A stretch of DNA of 57,847 nucleotides, the filler included, from Dugesia japonica (Eukaryota): the NCBI GenBank assembly GCA_001938525.1. It is 5 parts of 5 records of this genome, joined end to end, with 100 filler letters (N's around TTAATTAATTAA, not from the genome) between each part and the next. Parts side by side here need not be neighbours in the genome. Positions count along the whole stretch, not along the records: positions 1 to 13,657 come from MQRL01618326.1; positions 13,758 to 24,587 come from MQRL01614308.1; 3 more parts are not named here. The stretch is one strand, 5' to 3'. The notes below the pieces were generated by a model. It was not told the DNA's origin, did no database searches, and worked only from the letters and a program-made list of their open reading frames with translations. Positions 11,821-23,350 of this stretch are shown here, in pieces; position 1 is the stretch's first letter, and every line of letters starts with the position of its first letter. The position numbers and the translations under genes were made by a program.

Positions 11821-13657
11821 AAACTATAACAAAATTATTTGGTTAAACAAACAAATTAAAATCCATCTTTCAATTGGGAATTATTTTCTTATAAATTTAA
11901 AATTTTTAATTAAAACTTTATTTAAAATACTTCGAAAATTTAAGCAAATAATTATCTGTTATCTAAATTTTATTTACTTTTTACTTTTAAAAAATTTAAA
12001 AATAAAACTTCATTCTCAACTAAAATATTTAATTTTTGCTTTTACAAATTTTAAAAATTAAACAACATTTGCTACTAAAATATTTAATTTTTAATTTCTT
12101 GATTAGTTTTTGAATTCCAATTCATCAAATAAGAGATTTTTTTAAAAAAGTAATTCCCAATCAAGCATAAATAATTTCAACTCGCTTCAAAAACGCTCAC
12201 AATAGCAATTATATTTCTTTAATTGCAAATATTTCATAAATTATCCTGGACAACTATTATATTTCTCTTATCACAACTCTTTCATAAATGGATGATCTCG
12301 TGAAGCGAAGAACTGAACGGTGTCAGCCACCACTACTAAAAAAGCTAATGAGTAATGATCGTTACCTGAGTCCCTCTTTATAGTGGAATATATGATTTAT
12401 AAAAATAAAATGATTCAAATTACTTTTCGATTTGTTCTGATCCTTTTATGTTAAATGCGAGAGAATACTACTAGACACTTTTAATACGAAGTGAACATGA
12501 GTTTAAAAATGAAAATTTTAGTCTGATTTTACAGAAATTTGCTTCGCCTTTTATACCTCACTGTATCGTCAAATTTTGACAGATTTAGTTGACAGATACA
12601 CTTCAGATTTCTGTCAATGCAAGAAATTGTACGTTGTTCACCAGTAGCTTCTACAGAGATGTCCAAATATGGGTATGATTATTGTTAATTCTGTAGAGGA
12701 TTATTGTACTCACAGATGTTTTATGTTTTTTCCTCAAATAGAGAGGCTTAAAAAAGGATAATTTTCTTTAAAAAAAATAATTTTCTAAAACTTGTAAGAG
12801 TTTTAGAAATAAAGATAACTACATAATCACATGCAAGTATTAACATATCAACCCTGAATTCTTAAATAAAATCATCAGACCTTCTTCTACATATAATTTT
12901 CCTTTTATAATTATTCCGGATTCATTATAAATAATAATATTTATTGAATAGTAATAATTTTAATTATTTTTATCGATAATAATAATAATTTCACATTTTT
13001 ATATTGTTTATAAAATTATAATAATAATACAATACGTGTACTTAAATCTGACTAATAGTTTATTATTTTATTATTTATAATGATCATGATGATTTATTCT
13101 GTTTGCCCCTATAATTTTTCTCTAAAATATCAAAATATTTTAATATAATTATTTGTTTTAATCTTTCCTTTTCTCTCATCAATATAGTTTTAGAGAAAAA
13201 ATAATTAAGAACAAGAGCGACAAGGAGCAAGTGCGAGAAGACAAGAGCAAGATAGCATTTTCTAATTTACTTGAAATAAATAATTTTATCTGAAATTTAC
13301 ACGAAGTTGCTCAATATTTTATGAAATTTTCATGAGGTCGATAAATATTTTACGAAGTTTACATGAAATCAATAAAGTTTATGTAAGAAAATTTATGTTA
13401 GAGAATTGGAAAATAATTTTAAAAATCATGTGAACCGAACATCATACATAGTGTTTTCATTAATTTTTGAAAAGAATATTTCCAATTATTGGATTTTGTT
13501 TAAATAAATAATTATTTTTATTCAGTTATTTATTTGGCCTTGACATAAATCTGATTTCAGTCATCTTATTAATCAATAGCAAAATATCATGTGTTAATTC
13601 TATTAATTGTTAAATAGTTTTATATATAGTAGCTATTGATTATAATTTTATTTGGTT

Positions 13658-13757
13658 NNNNNNNNNNNNNNNNNNNNNNNNNNNNNNNNNNNNNNNNNNN
13701 NTTAATTAATTAANNNNNNNNNNNNNNNNNNNNNNNNNNNNNNNNNNNNNNNNNNNN
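13658..13757. other. Artificial scaffold-join linker
   Basis: 44N + TTAATTAATTAA (13702-13713, stops in all six frames) + 44N. Confidence 0.97.
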
Positions 13758-13987
13758 ATATTATATTAATTATAATGAAAATTTTTGGAATAAATTAATT
13801 AATTTTATTCGGGAAAAAGATCTTAATTACAAGAAAATCGGTTAAAAGGGAATATCTTTGCTCAGTTATATCGGAGGAGGCCCGGGAAAGAAAATTCAAA
13901 AAGGAAACAACTCGGGGGAATTGCTTTTCATAACAGGAAGGTGTCACATCTATCAGAAAGGTCTGAAGAAAGGGGGTAAAGAACGAG

Positions 13988-14205
13988 CCAATGAGGGGCC
14001 ATGAAATAAACAGAAGATAAAGCCCAAAAAATCAGCAGGTTCTCTACAAATAGCCACCAATGTAAGAATAGAAAATCAGAAAAAAATCTTAAACGTTAGA
14101 AGCATTACCAATAAAATGTAAGAACCGAAAAACAAAAATAGCAGGCCAATGGTATGGAAGTTGGGGTGTATAAAAAATTGTGTTAAAACCCTTCTGATTT
14201 TAGTA
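13988..14205 (+). promoter_or_regulatory. Cassette promoter copy 1 (CCAAT x4, MEF2-like x2, degenerate TATA)
   Basis: CCAAT at 13988, 14057, 14108 and 14146. CTACAAATAG at 14044 and ACAAAAATAG at 14132. TGTTAAAA at 14181 sits in the TATA position, with TATAAA at 14168. Confidence 0.65.
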
Positions 14206-15247
14206 TAAAACATACGAAAAAAATTATACCACAAAATCGAACAATAACCTAAAAGTTTTAGTACTAACTGCGATATACGGTATATTATAATCAGAAGGAA
14301 ACAAAATAAAAAATTACTGGTAAGAAGAAAATTTGGATTTTTAAACAGTAACGGAAATTACCTTAGTAACAGCAGTGTTAACGGAGAAAAATTTCCAGGA
14401 GTTATCAGACAAGAGTTCAATATTCATACTTTGTGCAAAGCCGTTGCAGAAATCCCGAAGCTAATACAAAGTAAATTTTTGTTGTTATTAATCTCATGTT
14501 AAATAGAATTCAGTTATATAATAAATTATTAATATTTTGAATCCGATTTCTGATTGTTAGTTCATTATGTGTTTTTTAAATAGTGTAAAAGAAAAGAAAA
14601 ATAACACGATAAAACTTTGAATAAATTTTATTAACAAGCCAGCAATTGAATTTTGTATATTTCGACAGAAAATTTGTATTTCCACATCACAGCTTGTAAA
14701 TTATGGATGATCAATTTTTGCCGACTTAAATTCATTAGCGAGAGACATCAAGTAGTAAAATTTCCATTGATCCAGATGCCTACTGAGGAGTGATTAAAAA
14801 TCCAAGATTTAGTATGAATCATTCGATATTTTCTGCTAGTAGAAAATAAATAAAAAATTTGTAATTAAGGCAATGGAGTTATCTGACTAAATACCAGTCT
14901 TGATCATTTGAGCTGAGTAAGATGACTAAATCATAGTCTGTTTAATCATATTGATGTTTATTATCTAATTCTTGCGACCAGTCAGTGAAAATTTCCAATG
15001 TGTGCAAAAAGCATTTAAGAAGTTAAATATATAATCAACCATGTAAGACATTCTAACTCATCCTTCTTTGCCCATTGATGATTACCTTAACGGAAATAAA
15101 GGTTGACAGTATTATTTTCTTTTGATTTACCATACACTACAGAGTGGCTGAGGCTTGATGACATAAACGCAGGATTGTTTAAAAAATAATGAATCTGGCA
15201 TTATCAAATAAATTGAAAAGTTTCGTTGGATTATTTATTATTTTTAT

Positions 15248-15656
15248 TACACGGTTTCCGCGCAATATTGTTTTTTTTACCTGCAGGATGACTAGAATTT
15301 GCCCGTTTATATGAATATTATTAAATTTATTATTATTAATCTTGATACTACAGTGATTATTATTAGTATGATTATTGCTATTATTATTATTTTAATCATT
15401 ATTATTATCATTGCTATTGTTGAAGTGNNNNNNNNNNNNNNNNNNNNNNNNNNNNNNNNNNNNNNNNNNNNNNNNNNTACACGGTTTCCGCGCAATATTA
15501 ATTTTTTACCTGCAGGATGACTAGAATTTGCCCGTTTATATGAATATTATTAAAGTTATTATTATTAATCTTGATACTACATTGATTATTATTAGTATGA
15601 TTATTGCTATTATTATTATTTTAATCATTATTATTATCATTGCTATTGTTGAAGTG
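15248..15656. repeat. ~180-bp duplication flanking a 50-N gap (probably uncollapsed alleles)
   Basis: 15248-15427 and 15478-15656 are near-identical and sit directly on either side of the gap. Confidence 0.85.
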
Positions 15657-16118
15657 AAACAACCAGTTTAAGAAGAAAAACAAGGCCAAGGGCCCAAAGC
15701 GTAAAGAAGGAGATTGGGAAAAGAAACAAAATAAGATAATTATCGATGACGAGAAAAAATTACAATAATTACACTGATAAGAAAAAACCGAGGAAAACGG
15801 TAAATGGTGAAAGAAAACATCAAGTGGGTAAAATCGTGGTTGAAATCAAATTATTAATTAGTTGAATTATAATTATTAAAAAGAAAAAAAATGGTTAAGA
15901 AAATAATAATTAATTAATAAAGGAAAATTAATTAATTTTATCAAAAAATGAAATAAAATTACTCAAAAATCTGTTTTTTACAGATAACTTCACTCAGGAA
16001 AGTCACAGAAACCTGGTTTAAGAAAATCTGAAAAGAAAATGATCAGAGGTAATAGAATTTTGCAAGAAGAAAATATTATCAATATCAGGAGAACCCTTAC
16101 AAAAGTTTGAAGGATAAG

Positions 16119-16340
16119 CCAATAAGGAACCAGAAAAAGAAAATAAAACAAAGAACAGAAGATCACATGGTGACATAAAAATAGCCATTTAATGGAAACT
16201 CTAAAATTCTCTGAAAAAATCTGAAAACTGGCACCATCGCCAATCAGAAGCGAGAAATTTGAATTAAAAATAGAAATCCAGTGGCGATGATGCCTAGTTG
16301 CATTGGCAAATCATATATAAACCCCCAAGTTTTAGATGTA
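16119..16340 (+). promoter_or_regulatory. Cassette promoter copy 2
   Basis: CCAAT 16119, TTAAT 16189, CCAAT 16240, CCAGT 16278. ATAAAAATAG 16175, TTAAAAATAG 16264. TATATAAA 16314. Confidence 0.7.
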
Positions 16341-16691
16341 TTCACCCCAAAAAAATTGAGTTTTAACAAGTGTCACAGTATTTGACTATTTTCATCACGC
16401 GAATCTATTGGAGGATAACTCAACTAGTTTGGAATAAGTAGTTAAAAACGAAGAGACGCATGTCTAGTAATCAGTGGAAAATTAGCAGAGTAAAATATTA
16501 TATATTCATCGAAATTAACTTTAATCTAAAGAAAAAACAAGAGAAGAAATCGATTACCCATTCTAATCTGCATCACCACGGTTATTCAGAAAACCCGTTG
16601 CAGAATTGAAATTAATAAATTCAAATTGTAAACAGTGTTTTGCTAAATTTATTTGTGTTTATATATTTATTAGAAATATATTAGTTTAAAT

Positions 16692-17954
16692 ATGGTTAAT
16701 TTTATATCTCTAAATTTTAATTTGGTTTATTGGGATTTTAATTGACTGAAAACTTGTCATTAGTGATACAATTAAGTGCATTTCAAATTACGGAAATTTC
16801 ATCGCTTCAGATTCACATGCCACCTATAAGAGTAGGATCAATCGTGTTTGCTATAACCAACTCACCACTTTGCATACCTAGAATCATTATTTCCAACGCC
16901 AGCCACATGAGTGTGCAGTTATGATATGAATTTTTTAACACACATATGCAACAGCGAAATAGAGAATTAAGAATATGTGTGTATAACTACGACGATCACT
17001 CTTCATTGATGAGTCAGAAAATCGAATTTTTGCAGTAATTATTCTCAAATGATATTTATAGATAGACTGTAACTTAAGCTAAATGCATTTAATCCAATGA
17101 CTATTTTGTTTAATAAGTGGGAGTTTTCAATGATTCTTCTTCCACGTTTTATTTCCACCAAGTCTATCTAACCTCTGCTATGTTGAAAATGATTGGATTT
17201 CTTACATTTTTGCATCCATGCCAAAACCTCATTTTGTTGATTACTTCGTTTGAAGATTAAACTCAACTTATGGTTCCGTAATATCACTGCATCCTAACTC
17301 CATGAAGAATTCAAATGACCGCCTGCTTGCTACATTACCTCCTGATATATGCAAACTTGGTTAGAGGAAGTGTTAGCATAATAACCAATCTCTACCTGGA
17401 TTTGCGATGTGGAGTTTTGGAGAATAGTAGTCAAAGATATTAAAACTAATCTGACATTCCTGTTATTACCCAAATTACATTAGACTATCCGCAAATATTG
17501 TTATCACCTTTCCCCAGCGTCAGATTTCGCCATGGGTCCCCGAGGACATTCATTGCTATTTGTAATAATATTGTGCAATTGTTGATAACCATTATGTAAA
17601 AATTTAGATTTGTCATTGACACCCTTTGCCTATAATTCTCCTCATAATCATTTTATTAAGAAATTACTGTGTTATTTGTTCGATAATTATTAATATATGT
17701 ATTATGATGCGATCTCATTATCAACAGTATTATTGTTCTCAATGTTAACTCTAATATTGCTTTCATAATTACTAGTACAATTTTTAATGATAATTGGAAA
17801 TAATGGTACCCAGCCTGAAAAGAAAGCCAAGCGAAGAGCCAAAAGGAAAGAATTAACAAAGAAAAGGATTAAAAGGAAAGTCAATCAAGAACAAAGCACC
17901 TATGATGAAAAAGAGATAGTATATACAGCAATCGCAAGGAATTTGTTTGAATAA
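16692..17954 (+). pseudogene. Possible degenerate membrane-protein gene (body of cassette 2)
   Basis: Frame-hopping translation gives a hydrophobic N-terminus (LIWFIGILID*KLVIS), a Cys-containing middle, a hydrophobic stretch (STVLLFSMLTLILLS*LLVQFLMII) and a basic tail KKAKRRAKRKELTKKRIKRK...EIVYTAI. There are many stops. Confidence 0.3.
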
Positions 17955-18390
17955 CCAGTATGGCTAAATTAGAATAAAATTAATTAATAAATAAAAGATT
18001 AAAAATACCGAGAGGGTGGATAAAAAGATCTTGGATGGATAAATCGAAACCACATCGATAATGGTGCCCAAAAGAAATCTTGAGAATAATAATAAAAATC
18101 AAGAAATAATTACGAGTGAAAAACCGTGAATTACCAAAATTTTGTTTGGGTTCCACCTGAGGTGGGTGAAGGAAACGTGGCTGGGGAAAAAACAGCCCTC
18201 AGAGGACCCTTTCAAGAATTTAACCTAACGCCCCTAAGTTAGACATTCAGCATATAGCGGTTGACCTCTCACTCCATGGGAAGTCCACACCTATACACCT
18301 TTAGATTTGGATTCATGATTTTCCCTATTATTCGGATTTCATTAAATACTAGGATGAGTCAAACAATGAAGACTTTATTTTACCAAAAAA

Positions 18391-18771
18391 TTACATCAGA
18401 TCTAATGCACTCGGGTCTAACCACTTGGCCGGATCCGTTGTTAAAAAATTGAACAATGCAGAATCATCGTTGTCGTCCCATTGGACATAAGTGGGGTTAC
18501 TGAACTGTTGTGAGAGGTCCGAGATATACTGCTTCAGGAAATCAATTTTCCGCTGTAAGAGCAATCTCGTTTCCTCTTCCAGAGCTTTGGTTTGTATTGC
18601 TAACTCACTCTGCTTCTTAACCACGAGATCTAGTTTCTTTATTAACTCGTTCGTCTGATCGAGATGCCTAAGAGCCCGGTCGGCCTTTTGCTTAAGATGC
18701 TTCTCAATCAAAAGACGGCGCAGAATTTGATGACATCGACGCAAATTGTTGGGAAAGGCGATTCGAGGCAC
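18391..18771 (-). CDS. Orphan ORF, predicted coiled-coil, 126 aa
   Basis: Open frame with raised GC in AT-rich surroundings and a heptad-like LIKKLDLVVKKQSELAIQTKALEEETRLLL. Starts at GTG or continues from an upstream exon. Confidence 0.45.
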   Translation of the reverse strand: MPRIAFPNNLRRCHQILRRLLIEKHLKQKADRALRHLDQTNELIKKLDLVVKKQSELAIQTKALEEETRLLLQRKIDFLKQYISDLSQQFSNPTYVQWDDNDDSALFNFLTTDPAKWLDPSALDLM

Positions 18772-18884
18772 TAAAAGAAATTAAATTAGTAACCAAGTAA
18801 TTTAACAAAAGTGGTAAAGCACTACAACAATAATCGAATTCACGAGAATGATTAAAGAATATATTTATTTAAGAAAACGTGGGT

Positions 18885-19315
18885 TATCATGTTCGCGAGG
18901 TTTGAGTACTTTTCTCGATCATCAACGGCTCAAGAGGTATCTTCTATTTGAGACTCAATACATCCCCAACCAGTTTATTCTCTCAGTCATGGCTGGACCG
19001 GATAATTTCTGCGAATGACTTCACTTGTTTTTTCTATTCACGTTCTTGTGTATGGGAGGCTTCGGCCTCCTTTTTGTACACTATACACATTTTCTTGTAC
19101 CGAAGCACTTTACTATTCGCAGTGGCTATCTCCGCCTCCCAGCGGCGCTTTGCAAGACGATAGAGGTCCCAAGTTATCTCTTGGTCCTCACTGGTTTCTC
19201 TCATCTTTTTGGTGGGAGCTGAAGAACGGTTCAGAGAGGAATGCACTGCAAAGTAGAAAATATTTACTAAAGGTTTCATCATTAAAATTACTGAGGTACT
19301 CGAAACTCTTTCCAT
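18885..19315 (-). pseudogene. Orphan coiled-coil ORF with internal stops
   Basis: ORF 19034-19315 continues through stops as KKQVKSFAEIIRSSHD*ENKLVGDVLSLK*KIPLEPLMIEKSTQT. Confidence 0.4.
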
Positions 19316-19451
19316 TACTGTAACCGAAAAAAAATAATCTTAATAATATCAAAGAAATTTTCCTTTATTAAAATAATGAAAAGAGGTAAGTCGATTATTA
19401 CTAAGTAAAGACACATATTTATTTATAATTCAAAACGATAAAACCAAGGGC

Positions 19452-19706
19452 TCATTGTGAGTTAGCAGTTGAATCAGTAGTAGGATCGGTATTTTCAGCA
19501 TCTGCAACACCAGAGGGTTCCCTAACACCCCAGAGCAAATTCGTGATAAAGGCCTGCATGACTGGGGGTGGAGCCTGAGGTTGGTAATTAAAAGGAGTGG
19601 TGTGATTATGCACGGGTCCACTCCACTGCTGAAAATTCACCCTCTCGCCAAAGCTCTGAATGCGAGCTACTGTGGCATCAACGGGAGGCAAATACGATCG
19701 ATCCAC
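19452..19706 (-). CDS. Orphan Pro/Thr-rich ORF, 84 aa
   Basis: Open frame with coding-like GC, bounded by AT-rich spacers, same strand as the two ORFs downstream. Confidence 0.35.
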   Translation of the reverse strand: MDRSYLPPVDATVARIQSFGERVNFQQWSGPVHNHTTPFNYQPQAPPPVMQAFITNLLWGVREPSGVADAENTDPTTDSTANSQ

Positions 19707-19899
19707 TAAGATGTCCGCATCTTGATTATGAGGGTTATGGTGAAATAATATTCCTTGAAAAATAATATTCCTTTTAATATACAGAGTTTATTTTTATTAA
19801 TTTATACCAAAATTAACAACTACTTTCTAAATATATAGTAGTTTGAAAAAAAAATTAAATCACATTCAAAATAAACTGAATCAAATCAAAATAAAATTA

Positions 19900-20005
19900 A
19901 TAAACAATATCAGCATCAATTAGAGTCAAATAAACAATATCAGCATCAATTAGAGTCAAATAAACAATTAGGTTCAAATGAACAATTAGAGTCAAATAAA
20001 CAATG
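19900..20005. repeat. 30-bp tandem repeat with shorter derivatives
   Basis: ataaacaatatcagcatcaattagagtcaa occurs twice, followed by aacaattag(ag/gt)tcaaat partial copies. Confidence 0.85.
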
Positions 20006-22239
20006 AATGTTTGGGGATCTGTTCGAAGTTGGGTGCTGAATTGGATTGAATTTGCACTGTCCTGACTGATTTTGGATTGACTTTGAAGATAGCTTGATTT
20101 NTGTGATGTTATTGTGGTGTTATGTTTGCATGCTATGTTTTTTGTCTGCGTGTTGTGCATGCTGTGTACTCTGTACCCCAACAAAACAATAGTTAACAAT
20201 TTTACAACTGGAGGTAAAACACATCTATTATATTTAATTCAATTAATTGAGAACCAAAAATCAAATATGGTAGTCAGTCTCCCTCGTCCAATTCAACTAC
20301 CCCAGGTAACGGGAATAGTTCCGCGAAGCACTGGAGATCCGATTCGTCTGGCGACAGAACGAGATTGGGAAAGAGTAGGTGACCGATTAATTGTTTCCTA
20401 TGGGCTCTTTCCCGTTCTTGTCGCAACCACAGGAGGGTTCTCGTTAGAATATCACCCATAGAAAATCTATCCCTTAATTAACATATTGATAAAGTAGATT
20501 CAAAAGGATTTTTGTGATTCGTATATGAAGGTACGGAAAACATTCGTTTTGCCTTACTCGGCTTCTAAATATAATATTGTCTGAAAAAGAAGTATCCCAA
20601 GGACCCTTGCTAATTCGGTATGTCCACCAATAACACGAATTTATAATAGCAGTAAACGTGATAAACTCTGGGATGATAATACTCGTCATGGTACGGTCGA
20701 TACTCATTATGAGATACTCTAAAATTCTTTAAACGTGCAGTAATTCCATAATTTATGTTATTGGCGATGTCGGAGGTAGTGGATAGACCTACAGTGACTG
20801 TAACCGCAATGTTTTGCCATGATAGAATAACCGAATTATTTGTAAATAACCATTACGCAAAATTAATTTTTTTATAATAAAAGATTAATCATTACGCCGA
20901 TGGTAACTGCCCTAATAACATCAATAAAATAACAAAAAAATATTTTATTAATTGTAATAATGATATCAATCACAAAATTTAAATTTAATAAATGTTACAC
21001 TCGATGAAGATCTTACCGCTAGCTTGGGCGATAACAGCTTTAGTTGGCTGTCAAAGGATCTGTAACCTTGTCAACCGTCCCCAACTCATTAAGGAAATCA
21101 CTTTTGCAAATCCCACCATGAGAATTATAATATTTCCATTTAAGTTACGAAAGCCTTGTCACCTAGGAGTTCCACTATGCCTGGACGTAGATAAAATATT
21201 ACCTTGTCGACTTTATTCACCTGGCTTCCCTATTGGATCTATGACTTAGACTATTTAGAGGTAAAAACAAAAATGATCCATCATGAATGAAGCATAACAT
21301 GTAATGCTTATGTCGCGGCGATGTACTGAGACGATTGAATATTCAATTTCTCGAAAAGAAATCCACTATTGTAACAGAGTTAGAATTGGATGAGACAGTT
21401 GCAGTATTTGTTGAGGGAATATTCATGACTTGCCCAACGAAAATGCAGTTTAGCTCAATATGGATAGTTTGCGTTCTGGCTTCAATATTCACACTTATGT
21501 GACTCATGTATCAATTATCGATTGGTAGATTATGCACACCNACTTCCGAGTGAGGTAATTATTAAGTCATTAATTGTAAATATAACGAGANTATATCATC
21601 AATTATCAAGTGTTGCGAGTTAATTCGTAGAAGNTAAACACAAAAAAAAAGATTTCTAAATTGCCTCAGCAAAATTGCACCCCTACTCATTTTACGATCT
21701 GGGTACAATTGTTGGATTCATTTACAGAAATCAAATTATAGAAGTCTTCAAAAATGTACTTTATAATTTATAGATTAACTGAAGATTTATAATTCCAATA
21801 CAAGCACAAAATGCCAATTTTAAGCAGATTTATTATTAGTGGTAGAAATTATAGTGATGACTACTTATAATTTTCAATGTAAATGCTTAAATAGAATCTT
21901 AAACATATTCACATTTAATGACATAAATTATTTGTATTGATGATTTATTATAATTTCAATCTAAGCACACAAATAAAATTTTAAACATTTATTATTAATA
22001 TCACAAATTATTATTACAATCATTTAATACAGCAACGACACTTACTATTAAAATAAGGATTTCTGCAACGGTTAATTCACCAAAATATAATTTAGTTCCA
22101 CCTGGGTGTATTGGTCCGATTCGATTCAATCTCTGTCGTTAATAAGTAGAATCTTTCTTCTCTGTAATTCAAATCGTGACACTAAGGAATTAATCGATTA
22201 GAAATGGTGATCTTACCGTGTAAAATATAGTATTAAATC

Positions 22240-22456
22240 ACCGAAATTCGGTTGCTTTTTATACGTTTTTCCAATGCAACCCGATTTTGTTTTTGTTGGT
22301 TGGCTATTTTTAATTTGATATAACCCATTTCTATTGGTGGTGGTGTCACTGTTCTGGAATTTTGCAGATTTTCTGTAATTCTGTTGGCAGCTATTTTTGG
22401 ATCATCAGGTGAGTTTTTGTTCTTTATCTTATTTTTTAATTCTAGGATACTATTGG
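22240..22456 (-). promoter_or_regulatory. Cassette promoter copy 3 (inverted)
   Basis: Minus-strand CCAAT 22456, CCAAC 22387, CCAAT 22337, CCAAC 22299. CCAAAAATAG 22400, TTAAAAATAG 22313. TATAAAAA 22263-22256. Confidence 0.7.
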
Positions 22457-23131
22457 ATCGATCTTAAAATCTTCGTGACGACCCTCTAGATGGCGGTATC
22501 ATTTTCTAGTGTCAAAAATCGGATAGCCCAATACAAATCCTTTACAGTTTTACTTATCTCTTAGTTCCAGGGTTACTTGGAGCATAGATATTGTTAAATA
22601 ACTGTTTTGTAACTAATTTTCATTTATTTTTCTTTTATAATTAATTGATATTTTCCAATAATTAATTGTTTTTTTACTGAGTATTTTCCTTTATTCTTCT
22701 TAATAATTTAGTAATTCCTTTTAATTATCATTTTTCTTGTTGCTCTTCAAATTGTTCCAACGGAATCTTCATTTTGCTGCTTCTTTCTTATTTTGATATT
22801 TTAGCAATTATCCACTTCAAATAAGATTTGTCGTAATTGATTCTGCTAGGACTATCTATCCTACTTGATTTCCTTTCTTCTTCTTCCTTCTCTATTATTA
22901 ACCTTGGTCCTTAATCATGTGTTTCACCCCAACAATTTTATTAATTAATTTTGCAATAAAATAAAGCAAAATTAGTTACAAAATCGTTTTATATGAATAA
23001 CTTGGCTCATAAGAATCGCAGCGACGCGTGGAAAGTAAATCTGAGAAGAAGGATGGATGAAGCATTAAGAGTTGAATATTAGAAAATCTTACCACCATCC
23101 AGAAGATTGCCACAGGGATTTGAAGATTGGG

Positions 23132-23350
23132 CCAATAAGAGCTCTGAAAATAAAAATAAAACAAAGGAATGACAATCACATGTCACTCCAAAAAAAGACG
23201 CCAATAGAAGTGCAAAAAATCTGTAAAAAATCTAAAAAATTGGCATCGGAACCAATAGAAAACTGAAAATTCAAACTAAAAATAGCGACACAATAACAAT
23301 AATATCGAGTTGTATTCAGAATGCTATAAAAGGCCCCCAAATCTTAGTAC
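23132..23350 (+). promoter_or_regulatory. Cassette promoter copy 4
   Basis: CCAAT 23132, 23201 and 23252; ACAAT 23290. Perfect MEF2 consensus CTAAAAATAG at 23276. TATAAAA at 23325, with TTAGT initiator-like motif about 18 nt later. Confidence 0.7.

Noticed and set aside
11830-12400. 5' LTR of gypsy element 2 (minus-strand TATAAAGAGGG near 12372-12382)
   Set aside because: No PBS, TG...CA boundaries or partner copy could be defined.
15248-15656. Tandem duplication in cassette 1 (also ~30215-30365)
   Set aside because: The copies abut a 50-N gap, so they are most likely unmerged overlapping contig ends or alleles.
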